Of a DNA stretch of 64,000 nt, positions 1 through 12,070 are shown piece after piece. The translations under genes were made by a program, and so were the position numbers. How positions within the stretch are numbered: position 1 is the stretch's first letter; every line of letters begins with the position of its first letter. The notes beneath the pieces were generated by a model, which saw only the letters and a list, made by a program, of their open reading frames with translations, was not told the DNA's origin and did no database searches. This DNA comes from Armatimonadota bacterium (GTDB lineage Bacteria; Armatimonadota; Fimbriimonadia; Fimbriimonadales; GBS-DC): assembly GCA_037444405.1 (NCBI GenBank), contig JBBIML010000006.1, positions 209,135 through 273,134 of the forward strand, written 5' to 3'.

Positions 1-1089
1 AAAGCCATCGACTCCATGATTCCCATCGGGCGCGGTCAGCGCGAGCTGATTATCGGCGACCGCTCCACCGGCAAAACTGCCATCGTGCTGGACACCATCA
101 TCAATCAGAAATATACGCACGAGACCGATTCGCCCGTCTACTGCATCTATGTGGCGATTGGTCAGAAGATGGCGGCGATTGCCCGCTTCATCGACACGCT
201 GGAGCGGTACGGCGCGATGGAGTACACCACGGTCGTGGTAGCGTCCGCCAGCGACCCGAACAGTCTGCAGTACCTGGCGCCCTACGCGGGCTGCGCGATG
301 GGCGAATACTTCCGCGATAACGGCATGCACGCGCTGGTGGTGTACGACGACCTGTCCAAGCATGCGCAGGCGTATCGCGCGGTTTCGCTGCTGCTGCGCC
401 GTCCGCCAGGGCGCGAGGCATATCCGGGCGATGTGTTCTATCTGCACTCGCGCCTGCTGGAGCGCGCGGCGAAGCTCTCGGACGAGCTCGGCGGCGGCTC
501 GCTGACCGCACTGCCCATCATCGAGACGCAGGCGGGCGATGTGTCCGCCTATATCCCGACCAATGTCATCTCCATCACCGATGGGCAGATCTATCTGGAG
601 CCGAGCCTGTTCTACGCGGGTATTCGCCCCGCGATCAATGTGGGCATCTCGGTCAGCCGTGTGGGGGGCGACGCCCAGATTCGCGCGATGAAGCAGGTGG
701 CGGGACGCCTGCGACTGGACATGGCGCAGTTCCGCGAGGTGCAGGCGTTCGCCCAGTTCGCCTCCGACCTCGACCGCGCCACCCAGATGCAGCTCGCGCG
801 CGGATTGCGCCTGCAGGAGATTCTCAAACAGCCCCAGTTCCAGCCGATGCCCGTCGAGGAGCAGGTGATGATTATCTTCGCGGGCACGCAGGGCTACCTC
901 GACGACATCCCGGTGGAGCTGGTGCGCGCGTTTGAGGACGGCTTCCATCCCTTCATGCGCGAAAAGTATCCCGACATCGGCGAAAAGATTCGGCGCGAGA
1001 AGCAGTTAGACGCCGATACGGAAGCCGACCTGCGCCGCGCGATTGAGGAATATAAGGCGCTCTTCAAGCAGGAGCAGGGGCTGACATGA
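1..1089 (+). CDS. atpA: F0F1 ATP synthase subunit alpha (5'-truncated by window edge)
   Basis: [21 protein letters not shown]-loop; [24 protein letters not shown] signature. Confidence 0.98.
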   Translation, partial: KAIDSMIPIGRGQRELIIGDRSTGKTAIVLDTIINQKYTHETDSPVYCIYVAIGQKMAAIARFIDTLERYGAMEYTTVVVASASDPNSLQYLAPYAGCAMGEYFRDNGMHALVVYDDLSKHAQAYRAVSLLLRRPPGREAYPGDVFYLHSRLLERAAKLSDELGGGSLTALPIIETQAGDVSAYIPTNVISITDGQIYLEPSLFYAGIRPAINVGISVSRVGGDAQIRAMKQVAGRLRLDMAQFREVQAFAQFASDLDRATQMQLARGLRLQEILKQPQFQPMPVEEQVMIIFAGTQGYLDDIPVELVRAFEDGFHPFMREKYPDIGEKIRREKQLDADTEADLRRAIEEYKALFKQEQGLT

Positions 1090-1949
1090 GAACGCTGCGA
1101 GCGATGCGGTCGCGCATTCGCGCCGCGAAGAACATTCAGCAGATCACGCGGGCGATGAAGCTGGTCTCCGCGGCTCGCCTGCGTCGGGCGCAGGATCGCG
1201 TGCTGGCAGCCCGACCCTACGCCCAGCGCATGCACGAGATTATGCAGGAGCTGGGTCGCGCGGGCGACCTGCCTGAACACCCGCTGCTGCAGCGCCGACC
1301 TGTCCAGCATGTCGGCTTCGTGCTGATCACCTCCGACAGGGGTCTGTGCGGCGCGTACAATATGAACCTGATTCGTGCCCTGCAGAACGCCATTCGCGAT
1401 CAGGGGCTTCAGCAGGAGCAGGTGCGCCTGATCTGCGTCGGGCGACGCGGCTACCAGTTCTTTGCTAAGCGCGGATTCACCGTCGAACTCTATCGCTCGA
1501 TGCCAACAGGCGGTGCCGGGCTGGAAGACGCGCGCGCCGTCACCAGCGCCATCACCGAGCTGTTTGTTGGCGGGCGCGTCGACAGGGTCTATCTGGTCTA
1601 CGCACGGTTCATCAACCCCGTGACTCAGCGTCCGGTGGTTCAGCCAGTTCTGCCGATTGAGCCGCCCGCTGGCGAGGAGAGCAGCCCGCGCGAGTTCATC
1701 TTCGAGCCGCCTGCTGACGAGCTGCTGGAACGGCTGCTGCCCCGCTACCTGCTGACGCAGGTGCTGCAGGCGTTGCTGGAAGCCAGCGCGAGCGAGCATG
1801 GCGCCCGCATGACCGCCATGTCGATGGCGAGCGATAACGCGGGCAAGATGATTCAGGAGCTGACGCTGGTGATGAACCGCCTGCGCCAGGCGGCGATTAC
1901 CAAAGAGATTGCTGAGGTGGTGAGCGGCGCAGAGGCGCTCAAGGGCTGA
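1086..1949 (+). CDS. atpG: F0F1 ATP synthase subunit gamma
   Basis: N-term [27 protein letters not shown]-term [23 protein letters not shown] overlap with atpA. Confidence 0.98.
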   Translation: MRTLRAMRSRIRAAKNIQQITRAMKLVSAARLRRAQDRVLAARPYAQRMHEIMQELGRAGDLPEHPLLQRRPVQHVGFVLITSDRGLCGAYNMNLIRALQNAIRDQGLQQEQVRLICVGRRGYQFFAKRGFTVELYRSMPTGGAGLEDARAVTSAITELFVGGRVDRVYLVYARFINPVTQRPVVQPVLPIEPPAGEESSPREFIFEPPADELLERLLPRYLLTQVLQALLEASASEHGARMTAMSMASDNAGKMIQELTLVMNRLRQAAITKEIAEVVSGAEALKG

Positions 1950-2767
1950 TGAGCGAGCTGACAGGACGGGTGGCGATTATCACGGGCGCCAGTCGGGGCA
2001 TCGGGCGGGCAATCGCGCTCCGACTGGCGCGGGAAGGTGTGCGCGTGGTCATCGCCGCCAAAACCGCTGAACCTGACCCGCGCCTGCCCGGCACTATCTA
2101 CACCGTCGCCGATGAGGTGCAGGCGCTCGGCGGCGAGGCGTTCCCCATCCGCGTCGATGTGCGCGACGAGAACGCCATCCAGCAGATGGTCGACGCCACC
2201 CTCCAGCGCTGGGGGCGTATCGACATTCTGGTGAACAACGCGGGCGCGCTCTGGTGGAAGCCTCTGCTGGAGACGCCAGCGAAGCGGTTTGACCTGGTGA
2301 TGGGTGTGAATGTGCGCGCCGCGTTCCTCTGCTCTCAAGCCGTTCTGCCCGCAATGATGAACCAGCGGTGGGGTCATATTGTCAACATGTCGCCGCCGAT
2401 AGAGCCGTCAGTGGTGGCGGGGCGTATCGCCTACATGCTTTCCAAGTTCGGCATGACCCTGCTCACTTACGGGCTGGCGGAGGAGGTGCGCGAATACAAT
2501 ATTGCCGTCAACTCGCTCTGGCCCCGCACGCTGATTGAGAGCCAGGCAACCATCGCCTTTCAGCTGGGCGAGCCGCGCTACTGGCGCAAAGCCGACATCA
2601 TGGCGGACGCGCTCTGCGAGCTGGTTCGGCGCGAGCCGTCCACCTGCACGGGACAGGTGTGGTTCGACGAGGACATCCTGCGCGAGGCAGGCGTCACCGA
2701 CTTCTCCATCTACAACTGCATACCCGACGGCGAACCACTGCCCATCAATTGGGGCTTACTGGGCTGA
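1949..2767 (+). CDS. Short-chain dehydrogenase/reductase (HSDL2-like)
   Basis: TGASRGIG, NNAG, YMLSK (YxxxK); PRLPGTIY and VNSLWP motifs typical of HSDL2-like SDRs. Confidence 0.9.
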   Translation: MSELTGRVAIITGASRGIGRAIALRLAREGVRVVIAAKTAEPDPRLPGTIYTVADEVQALGGEAFPIRVDVRDENAIQQMVDATLQRWGRIDILVNNAGALWWKPLLETPAKRFDLVMGVNVRAAFLCSQAVLPAMMNQRWGHIVNMSPPIEPSVVAGRIAYMLSKFGMTLLTYGLAEEVREYNIAVNSLWPRTLIESQATIAFQLGEPRYWRKADIMADALCELVRREPSTCTGQVWFDEDILREAGVTDFSIYNCIPDGEPLPINWGLLG

Positions 2768-2899
2768 AACTTCCCCTTTAGGGGCATGGGAGAGGAGGCA
2801 TTTTCGATTTTTCAGTTCCTCTTCTTGAATGCCTTCGGGCTGTTCAACCAGTTCGATGCGCCCATTGCGATAGTAGCCGCGCACAGTGGTTAGCGCCAT
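2756..2899 (-). pseudogene. 47-aa AF2212/DUF104-like antitoxin-type small protein, possibly truncated
   Basis: Hand-translated MALTTVRGYYRNGRIELVEQPEGIQEEE...; GAGAG SD-like sequence and TATACT (2918-2923, - strand) upstream; not in ORF track. Confidence 0.55.
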
Positions 2900-2949
2900 T
2901 TTCTCTCACCCAACGAGAGTATACCCTCTGATGGGTATACTTCATCTTG

Positions 2950-5900
2950 ATGGTGGCGGAGGCGGTGGCGCACTATCTGGAGCGTCTGCAGGCGATTCAG
3001 GGGCAGGCGCAGGCGACGGGTGAGCTGTCCTATCATCACGCCCTGCATGAACTGCTCATCACACTCGCCCAGCCGCAGGGCGCCACCCTCCTGCATGAGC
3101 CACGCAAAACAGTCGTGGGCAGACCCGACTTCATTCTGCTCCGCAACGGGATGCCCATCGGCTATCTGGAGGCGGAGGCGTTCGGCGCCGACCTGGACGC
3201 CCTGCAGGGGCACGCGCACCAGCAAACCCGCGCGTTTATCCAGAATTTAGACAACTTTGTGCTGACCAACTTTCTGGAGTTTCGGCTCTATCGGGACGGC
3301 GAGCTGCAGGCGCGAGCAATGCTTCCCGCCCCGCCCGCGCGCGAGACGGTGCGCCTGTTCCCCGACGCGGTGCAGGCTCTGAAAAGCCTGCTGGAGGCTT
3401 TTCTGCAGGGCGAGCCACCCGCGATTGCCGACCCCCAGACGCTGGCGCACTATCTGGCGCGGCGCACCCGCCAGCTCACCGCCGCGCTCGAAACCCTGCT
3501 CGCGCAGAAAGCGGAGACCGACCTGCATAGCCTCTACCGCGCCTTTGAGCGCACGCTCTTGCCCGACCTGAAGCCCGAAGAGTTCGCCGACCTCTACGCA
3601 CAGACGGTTGCCTACGGGCTGTTCGCGGCGCGATGCGCTCAGGCGGATGGCAACGCCTTCAGCCGTCAGTCCGCTGCCATGCTCATCCCGCCCACCAACC
3701 CCTTCCTGCGCCGACTGTTCCAGCTGCTTGCCGCGCATGACCTGCCGCCCACCATCGCCTGGATTGCCGACGAGATTGCCACCCTGCTCGCCCGCGCCGA
3801 TATGCTCGCGATTCTGGAAAACTTCGGGCAACGCACGGGCAAAGAAGACCCCATCGTGCATTTCTATGAGGACTTCCTTGCTATCTATGACCCCGAACAG
3901 CGCGAGATTCGGGGCGTCTACTACACGCCCGAACCTGTCGTGCAGTTCATCGTGCGAGCTGTCGACGATGCGCTGCGCCTGTTCTTCGGCAAATCGCATG
4001 GGCTGGCTGATGACGAAACGCTGATTTTAGACCCCGCCTGCGGCACGGGCAGCTTCCTGTATGAGGTGGTTCAGCAGGTGCATCGGCGCGTGGTGGGGCG
4101 ATTCGGTGGAGGCATCTGGCGCGATTACGCCCGCGAGAGGTTAATCCACCGCCTGTTCGGCTTCGAGCTGCTGATGGCGCCCTACGCGATTGCCCACCTG
4201 AAGCTGGGACTACAACTGCAACAGCTCGGTGTGCCGCTCAACAGCCAGCGGCTGGGCATTTATCTCACCAACACGCTGGAGCAGGCGGTCAAGCAGAGCG
4301 AGCTGCTGTTCGGCGAGTTCATCACCCGCGAAGCCAACGCCGCAGTCGCCATCAAGCGCGAGAAGCCCATCCTGGTGGTGCTGGGCAACCCGCCCTACAG
4401 CGGGCACTCCGCCAATCGGAGCTACCATGAATATGAGGAGCGCGACGAGCAGGGACGAATCCGCAAGCGACGCGAACCCACATGGATTGGCAAACTGATA
4501 GAAGACTACAAGCAGATCAACGGTCAGTTGCTGGGGGAGCGGAACCCCAAATGGCTGCAGGATGACTATGTGAAGTTTATTCGCTTCGCCGAGTGGCGCA
4601 TTCAGCAGACGGGCGAGGGCATCGTCGCGCTAATTACCAACCACGCCTATCTGGACAACCCCACCTTCCGCGCGATGCGCCATCATCTCCTGCAGAGCTT
4701 CCAGCGGCTCTATATCGTGAACCTGCACGGGAACGCGCGGCGCAAGGAGCGCGCGCCCGACGGCTCGCCCGACGAAAATGTGTTCGACATCCAGCAGGGC
4801 GTCGCGATTCTGATAGCGATTCGGCGGGCGGATGCGGAGCCGGGCGTTTTTTATGTGGATGTGTGGGGGCGGCGCGCGGAGAAGTACGCCTTTTTGCAGG
4901 AGCAGACGCTGGAGCGCGCCGCGTGGACGCGCCTGGAGCCGTCCGAGCCACTCTATCTGTTCGTGCCGCAGGACACCGCGCTCAAAGCCGAATATCAGCA
5001 GGGCTGGCGCATCCCTGATATTTTCCCCGTGCATAGCGTGGGGATTGTAACGGCGCGCGATAAGCTCACCATCCACCGCACGCGCGAAGCCGTGTGGCAA
5101 ACGGTGTGCGAGTTCGTGAAGTACGAGGCGGAGCAGGCGCGGTATCTCTTCAAGCTGGGCAAAGATGCGCGCGACTGGTCAGTGGCGCGCGCTCAACAGG
5201 ACCTGCGCGATGCAGGGGTTCCCAACGAAAGCGCGAAGGCGCATATCATCCCCATCCTCTATCGCCCCTTCGATGTGCGGTACACCTTCTATACGGGACG
5301 GGATTGCGGCTTTCACTGCAGACCCCGCTACAAAGTCATGAAAGAACTGCTTGCAGGTGATAATCTGGTGTTGATCACTGTGCGCCAGCAGTCGCGAATG
5401 CAGGACCCCTGGGCGAACGCATTCGTTGCTCAAACGCTTGTGGAGAGCTGTGCGCTTTCAAACTACACGCGCGAAATTGGCTATGTATTTCCCCTCTATA
5501 TCACCCACACGAATAATCACAGGAACAACAATCATAAAAACAACAGGGATCAGAACGCGCTGGATGGGCTGGAGGGGCGCGAGCCGAACCTGAATCGGGA
5601 GTTCTGGAACGCGCTGGCGCAGCGCATCGGCGAGAAGCCCACGCCTGAGGCAATTCTGGGCTATATCTATGCGGTTCTCAACAGCCCCACCTATCGCGCC
5701 CGCTACGCTGAGTTCCTGCGCCGCGACTTCCCGCGCGTGTCCCTGCCCCGCGATAAAGAGCAGTTCGAACAGCTTGCCCATCTGGGACAGCAGCTGATTG
5801 ACCTCCACACCCTGCGCCGTCCAGGACATCACGAAGTGAGCTGCCGATACCCTGTGGAAGGCGATAATCGCGTTCAGAAAGTGCGCTATGATGAGGTGAA

Positions 5901-6117
5901 TCAGCGACTCTACATCAACGCGGAGCAGTTTTTCGCGCCTGTGCCGCCTGAGGTGTGGGCGTTCCGCGTGGGTGGTTATGCCGTGTGTGAGAAGTGGCTG
6001 ACCGAACGGCGCGGGCAGAAGCTCTCGCTGGACGAACGCCTCGACTTCCTGCGCATCATCACGGCGATTGCAGAAACCCTGCGCCTGCAGGCGGAGATCG
6101 ACTCGTGGCTGGAGTAG
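2950..6117 (+). CDS. Type IIG/ISP-like fused restriction-modification enzyme (nuclease + N6-adenine MTase + C-terminal specificity domain, no helicase)
   Basis: GVYYTP, LDPACGTGSF (motif I), GNPPY (motif IV), C-term YRARYAEFLRRDFPRV and VWAFRVGGYAVCEKWL. Confidence 0.9.
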   Translation: MVAEAVAHYLERLQAIQGQAQATGELSYHHALHELLITLAQPQGATLLHEPRKTVVGRPDFILLRNGMPIGYLEAEAFGADLDALQGHAHQQTRAFIQNLDNFVLTNFLEFRLYRDGELQARAMLPAPPARETVRLFPDAVQALKSLLEAFLQGEPPAIADPQTLAHYLARRTRQLTAALETLLAQKAETDLHSLYRAFERTLLPDLKPEEFADLYAQTVAYGLFAARCAQADGNAFSRQSAAMLIPPTNPFLRRLFQLLAAHDLPPTIAWIADEIATLLARADMLAILENFGQRTGKEDPIVHFYEDFLAIYDPEQREIRGVYYTPEPVVQFIVRAVDDALRLFFGKSHGLADDETLILDPACGTGSFLYEVVQQVHRRVVGRFGGGIWRDYARERLIHRLFGFELLMAPYAIAHLKLGLQLQQLGVPLNSQRLGIYLTNTLEQAVKQSELLFGEFITREANAAVAIKREKPILVVLGNPPYSGHSANRSYHEYEERDEQGRIRKRREPTWIGKLIEDYKQINGQLLGERNPKWLQDDYVKFIRFAEWRIQQTGEGIVALITNHAYLDNPTFRAMRHHLLQSFQRLYIVNLHGNARRKERAPDGSPDENVFDIQQGVAILIAIRRADAEPGVFYVDVWGRRAEKYAFLQEQTLERAAWTRLEPSEPLYLFVPQDTALKAEYQQGWRIPDIFPVHSVGIVTARDKLTIHRTREAVWQTVCEFVKYEAEQARYLFKLGKDARDWSVARAQQDLRDAGVPNESAKAHIIPILYRPFDVRYTFYTGRDCGFHCRPRYKVMKELLAGDNLVLITVRQQSRMQDPWANAFVAQTLVESCALSNYTREIGYVFPLYITHTNNHRNNNHKNNRDQNALDGLEGREPNLNREFWNALAQRIGEKPTPEAILGYIYAVLNSPTYRARYAEFLRRDFPRVSLPRDKEQFEQLAHLGQQLIDLHTLRRPGHHEVSCRYPVEGDNRVQKVRYDEVNQRLYINAEQFFAPVPPEVWAFRVGGYAVCEKWLTERRGQKLSLDERLDFLRIITAIAETLRLQAEIDSWLE

Positions 6118-6136
6118 GTCAGCCCTTCGGGACGCG

Positions 6137-6194
6137 AACTTTCCTTCCTGGAAGGAAAGTTTTGGGGTAAACTTTCTTTCTGAGAGGGAAAGAT
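6137..6194. terminator. Two tandem 25-nt palindromic hairpins between convergent genes
   Basis: AACTTTCCTTCC-T-GGAAGGAAAGTT (6137-6161) and variant AACTTTCTTTCT-G-AGAGGGAAAGAT (6170-6194). Confidence 0.55.
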
Positions 6195-6238
6195 GCTGCA
6201 GGAGATACTCAGACAGAAAAATAGCACATATCTCCCCA

Positions 6239-7276
6239 TTAGCTGGAAGGCGCGGTGATGATGACCTTCAGCGCTTCGGCGCGGCGGAGCAGCTCATAGC
6301 CTTCCGGAGCCTGCGTCAGCGGCAGACGGTGTGTGATGAGCGACTGCACGGGCAGCCCCGATTCTAAGAGTCGGAGCGCGTGGCGCATTTCGGTCGGACC
6401 CGCCGAGTAGCTGGGAATGAGCCGAATCTCGCTGAAGTAGAGCGTGTGCCAGTCGAGCGGGTAGCGCACTTCGGGCGGGGCGGGTGTGAACAGCACCAGT
6501 GCGCCGTCGGGCGCCACGAGCTGGAAGCCCAGCGCCAGCGCATCGGGCGTGCCCGGACCCACCACCACAATCTCCGCGCCGATGCCCTCCGTGAGGGCGC
6601 GCACCTGCTGGATGGCGTCTTCATCGCGCGGCACAGGCACGGGCATCGCGCCCAGTGAGCGGGCAACCTCCAGCCGATGCGCCAGCCGATCCAGCGCCAG
6701 CACCTGCCGCGCACCCCATCGCTGTGCCAGCAGCAGATGCAGAAGCCCCATGACGCCCATGCCGATAATCGCGACGCTCATGCCGTGCCGCAACCCCGCC
6801 CGCCGCAACGCCTTCACCACGCACGCCAGCGGCTCCACAAAAACCGCCACCTCGTCGGGCAGCTCCGACTCAGCAGGTAGCGGGATGAAATCGCGCTGCA
6901 CGATGGGGGCGGGCACGATGAACCGCTCGCTCAGTCCGCCTGGAAAGAGTCGGGTCGTGCGCCATGTGGGGCAATGCACGAACGCGCTGCGCTGACAGTG
7001 GGGGCAGGCGCCGCACGGCGCATGATGATGGACTACCACGCGCGTGCCCGGCTCGAAGCCCTGCACGCCCGCGCCAACCGCCTCGATCTCGCCCACCAGC
7101 TCATGTCCGGGCACGACGGGCGCCTTGCGGCGCATGTACCAGTCCATGATCTCGCCGCTGCACAGCCCGCACGCCCGCAGGCGCACCTGTGCCTCGCCCG
7201 CCTGAAGTTCAGGGAGTTCGAAACGGCGCCACTGCCATGAGCCGTCTGGCTCCAGCTGCCACGCGCGTGTCTGCAC
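6239..7276 (-). CDS. Zinc-dependent alcohol/polyol dehydrogenase (MDR family)
   Basis: CGLCSG, GHELVGEI, CGACPHC structural Zn motif, GMGVMG; GTG start chosen 7 nt after TATACT. Confidence 0.9.
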   Translation of the reverse strand: MQTRAWQLEPDGSWQWRRFELPELQAGEAQVRLRACGLCSGEIMDWYMRRKAPVVPGHELVGEIEAVGAGVQGFEPGTRVVVHHHAPCGACPHCQRSAFVHCPTWRTTRLFPGGLSERFIVPAPIVQRDFIPLPAESELPDEVAVFVEPLACVVKALRRAGLRHGMSVAIIGMGVMGLLHLLLAQRWGARQVLALDRLAHRLEVARSLGAMPVPVPRDEDAIQQVRALTEGIGAEIVVVGPGTPDALALGFQLVAPDGALVLFTPAPPEVRYPLDWHTLYFSEIRLIPSYSAGPTEMRHALRLLESGLPVQSLITHRLPLTQAPEGYELLRRAEALKVIITAPSS

Positions 7277-7324
7277 AGCGGGAAGTATACCCAGCCCCCT
7301 CGCTCCCTTTCCCCCCGCATAGGG

Positions 7325-7348
7325 GCATGGGCGAGACGCCCATGCCAC
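7325..7348 (-). repeat. GTAG/GTGG-type REP palindrome
   Basis: GTGG-CATGGGC-GTCTC-GCCCATG-C on - strand; same family as 29181-29202. Confidence 0.7.
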
Positions 7349-7373
7349 GCAGTAGGGTGAGGGTGCAATCAGC

Positions 7374-9296
<1,923 letters not shown>

Positions 9297-9319
9297 CGGC
9301 TCTCAACCCCTTCCATGCC

Positions 9320-9341
9320 AGTATACCCGACGGGGTACAAT
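9320..9341. promoter_or_regulatory. Back-to-back -10 boxes (divergent promoter infB / DUF503)
   Basis: AGTATA (TATACT on -) at 9320-9325 and TACAAT at 9336-9341. Confidence 0.6.
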
Positions 9342-9350
9342 AGGCGTGAG

Positions 9351-9638
9351 ATGGCGGCACGAGTGGGACTGCTGACCGTCGAACTATACATCGGCGGCTG
9401 CCAATCGCTCAAGGAGAAGCGGCAGGTGTTGCAGAGCCTGATGGTGCGCCTGCGCAACGAGTTCAATCTCGCGATTGCCGAGGTGGATCATCATGACAAG
9501 CACCAGCGTGCCTGCCTCGCGATTGCCTGTGTGGGCAACCGCACCGAGCATGTGAATCGGACGCTGGATATCGTGCTGGAACGCCTCGCCGTCGAAAGCC
9601 GTATCTCTCTTATAGAGAGCCAGATCGAACTGCTGTGA
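9351..9638 (+). CDS. DUF503 (YlxP) family protein
   Basis: SLKEKRQVLQSL..RLRNEFNLAIAEVDHHD pattern; directly upstream of rbfA. Confidence 0.9.
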   Translation: MAARVGLLTVELYIGGCQSLKEKRQVLQSLMVRLRNEFNLAIAEVDHHDKHQRACLAIACVGNRTEHVNRTLDIVLERLAVESRISLIESQIELL

Positions 9639-9654
9639 GAACAGGAGGACGCCG

Positions 9655-9987
9655 ATGGGCGGACGATTGGAACGACTGGAATCGCTGTTGACGGAGGAGA
9701 TCAGTCAGGTTCTTTTGCGCGACCTGCAGGACGAGCATCGCGGGCTGGCGACCATCACGGGCGTCAAAATCGCGCGGGACCTCTCCCACGCGACGGTTTA
9801 TGTGAGCATTCTGGGCGATGAAGCGCATCGGCAGAATGTGATTGAGAGCCTGCAACGCGCCTCTGGCTATATCAAGGGGCTATTAGGCAAGCGGTTGCAC
9901 CTGAAGCGCATTCCGCGCCTGCAGTTTGTGGATGACCCGTCGCTGCGCCAGGCGGATCGTATCACGCGCCTGCTCAAAGATGGCTAA
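9655..9987 (+). CDS. rbfA: 30S ribosome-binding factor A
   Basis: TITGVKIARDLSHATVYVS, LQRASGYIK..L..RLHLKRIPRLQFVDD; AGGAGG SD. Confidence 0.95.
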   Translation: MGGRLERLESLLTEEISQVLLRDLQDEHRGLATITGVKIARDLSHATVYVSILGDEAHRQNVIESLQRASGYIKGLLGKRLHLKRIPRLQFVDDPSLRQADRITRLLKDG

Positions 9988-10810
9988 GCCCCGCATCGCC
10001 TGGCTGCCAGTGCGACACATCCACGCAATTATCGAGGGGCGGCTCGCGCTCGCCGACTGGCTGGCGAGCGTGCCTGCCTTTGGCATCGACGCCGTCGAAC
10101 TCTATCACGGCTTTTTGAGCGAGCAGAACCTGCCCGCCGTTCGCCAGCAGCTCCAGACGCTGGGATTGAAGGTGAGCCAGATCACCTGCGCGCCCGATTT
10201 CACCAACCCCGACCCTTCGGTGCGTCGGCGCGAGCTGGAGGCGATGCGCCAGCGGGTGGAGTGGGCAGCCGAGCTCGGCGCGGACGCCGTGCGCGTCACG
10301 GCGGGCATGGTGCATGATAACCTCCGCGAGGCGGACGGCATCGCCTATGCGGTGGAGTGCATGGTGCAACTTGCTGCGTACGCCGTGCCGATGGGCGTCT
10401 ACCCCTGCTATGAGAACCATTACCGAGACCGCCGCTGGACGCGCGAGGACTTCTCGTTCCTGCCCGAACGGTTCCTGCGCATTTTCGAGCAGATTGAGCC
10501 GACTCCTGTGCGCATCAACTTCGATTTTGCGAACCCGCTGATGGTGGGCGCGGACCCGATCGCGCTCCTTCGGCGCGTGGTGCATAAGGTTCACCATGTG
10601 CATGCGGGCGATCGCCTGCCTGGCGAGTATCAGCATTGCGTGTTGGGCGAGGGCAGGGTTCCTTTTGAACCGTTATTGCGCATTTTGCGCGACCACGGCT
10701 ATGCGGGCTATATCAGCATCGAGGACGGTCAATCGGAGGGTGATGCGGGCTTCCGCCGCTCGCTGGCGTTCCTGCAAGGTGCGATTAATGCGGTGTATGG
10801 AGGGCTGTAG
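9980..10810 (+). CDS. Sugar phosphate isomerase/epimerase (xylose isomerase-like TIM barrel)
   Basis: YENH, NFDFAN, HVHAGD, LGEGRVPF, SIEDG metal-binding pattern. Confidence 0.85.
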   Translation: MAKPRIAWLPVRHIHAIIEGRLALADWLASVPAFGIDAVELYHGFLSEQNLPAVRQQLQTLGLKVSQITCAPDFTNPDPSVRRRELEAMRQRVEWAAELGADAVRVTAGMVHDNLREADGIAYAVECMVQLAAYAVPMGVYPCYENHYRDRRWTREDFSFLPERFLRIFEQIEPTPVRINFDFANPLMVGADPIALLRRVVHKVHHVHAGDRLPGEYQHCVLGEGRVPFEPLLRILRDHGYAGYISIEDGQSEGDAGFRRSLAFLQGAINAVYGGL

Positions 10811-12050
10811 CCTCTGGCTCGGCAGTTGCCCCTCCATTTGGGGGCAGGTTCCGAAAGAGGCGGTCGTAGGCGTGCAACAGCACGCATTCGCTGCGCTCCC
10901 AGCTCAGGCAGTCCAGAAATCGCTTCCGCCCGAACTCGCTCATCTGGCGGCGCCGCTCCTCATCGTTGAGCAGCGCCAGAATCGTGTCGCCGAACGCTTC
11001 GGGGCTGTCGTTGGGCGGTTCGATCAGTGCGTCCTGCGCCGACCACTTGTTCTCGATGCTGCGCGTCGCTACAATCGGCAGCCCCACTGACATAAATTCG
11101 ATAATCTTGTTCATCGTGGAGCGGGCGGTGTAGCTGTTGTCGGGGTCGCTGGCGACACCCACATCGGCGGTACTGAGATAGCGCACCAGCAGTTCCCGAT
11201 CGCGAATGAAGCCCGTGAAGGTGATGTAGTCCTGCAGATGGAGTTGCTGGCTGAGCGCTTTGACCTCCTCCAGGCAGTCGCCAGAGCCAATCGCGACGAA
11301 ATGCACATCGGTGAAGCCGCGCTTATGCACGATATGGTGCGCCGCCTTCACAAAGATGTCGGTGCCGTCCTGCGGTCCCATCACACCGAGGTAGCACACC
11401 AGGTAGCGTTTACCATGCTTGAGTGCGGGGTCCGGCTCCACGGGGTAGAACTCGGAGGCGCGCGGACCGCTGCGCACAATCACAATCTTGTCGGGGCGCG
11501 CCCGCCCACGCTGGAGCGCGTTCTGACGATACGACTCGTTCATCTCGATAATCATATCGGCGAATCGGTAGGAGAGCTGTTCGAACCACACCTGTAGGTG
11601 ATAGAACAGCCTGCGCTTCTTGAACCGCACTTCGTACAGCTCAGGGCACAGGTCGCGATGCTCATAGACGAACTTCTTACCGCGCAGCTTGTAATACAGC
11701 CCGATCAGCCAGAAGATGTCGAGCGGGTTGCCTGCGTGGAACACCTCGAAGCCCTGCTCTTTCAGCACGCGGCGACTGAGTCGGAAGGTGTGCCAGAGGC
11801 AGTAGAGCGCTTCACGCACGAAGTTGCCCACGCTGTGGGTGGGGGGCAACCTCGGGTAGCGGTAGAGGTGAATCCCTTCCAGCTCGCAATATTCGGGTTC
11901 GTCAGGCGGGCGGGGCGAGATGACCGACACATGGTAGCCGGCGCGGCGCAGCGAAGTGGCAACCTGCCACATGCGCCGATCGTGAGGCACTGGCAGGTTC
12001 TCCAGCACCAGCAACACGCGCCGCGTTGCGTTCATCCCTTGCTGACCCAT
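10785..12050 (-). CDS. Glycosyltransferase family 4 (start uncertain, 12035-12077)
   Basis: ENLPVPHDRR, YLGVMGPQDG, STMNKIIEFMSVGLPIV; paralog of 13300-14556. Confidence 0.9.
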   Translation of the reverse strand: MGQQGMNATRRVLLVLENLPVPHDRRMWQVATSLRRAGYHVSVISPRPPDEPEYCELEGIHLYRYPRLPPTHSVGNFVREALYCLWHTFRLSRRVLKEQGFEVFHAGNPLDIFWLIGLYYKLRGKKFVYEHRDLCPELYEVRFKKRRLFYHLQVWFEQLSYRFADMIIEMNESYRQNALQRGRARPDKIVIVRSGPRASEFYPVEPDPALKHGKRYLVCYLGVMGPQDGTDIFVKAAHHIVHKRGFTDVHFVAIGSGDCLEEVKALSQQLHLQDYITFTGFIRDRELLVRYLSTADVGVASDPDNSYTARSTMNKIIEFMSVGLPIVATRSIENKWSAQDALIEPPNDSPEAFGDTILALLNDEERRRQMSEFGRKRFLDCLSWERSECVLLHAYDRLFRNLPPNGGATAEPEATALHTPH

Positions 12051-12070
12051 CTCAGCATTGTTCGGATTGT

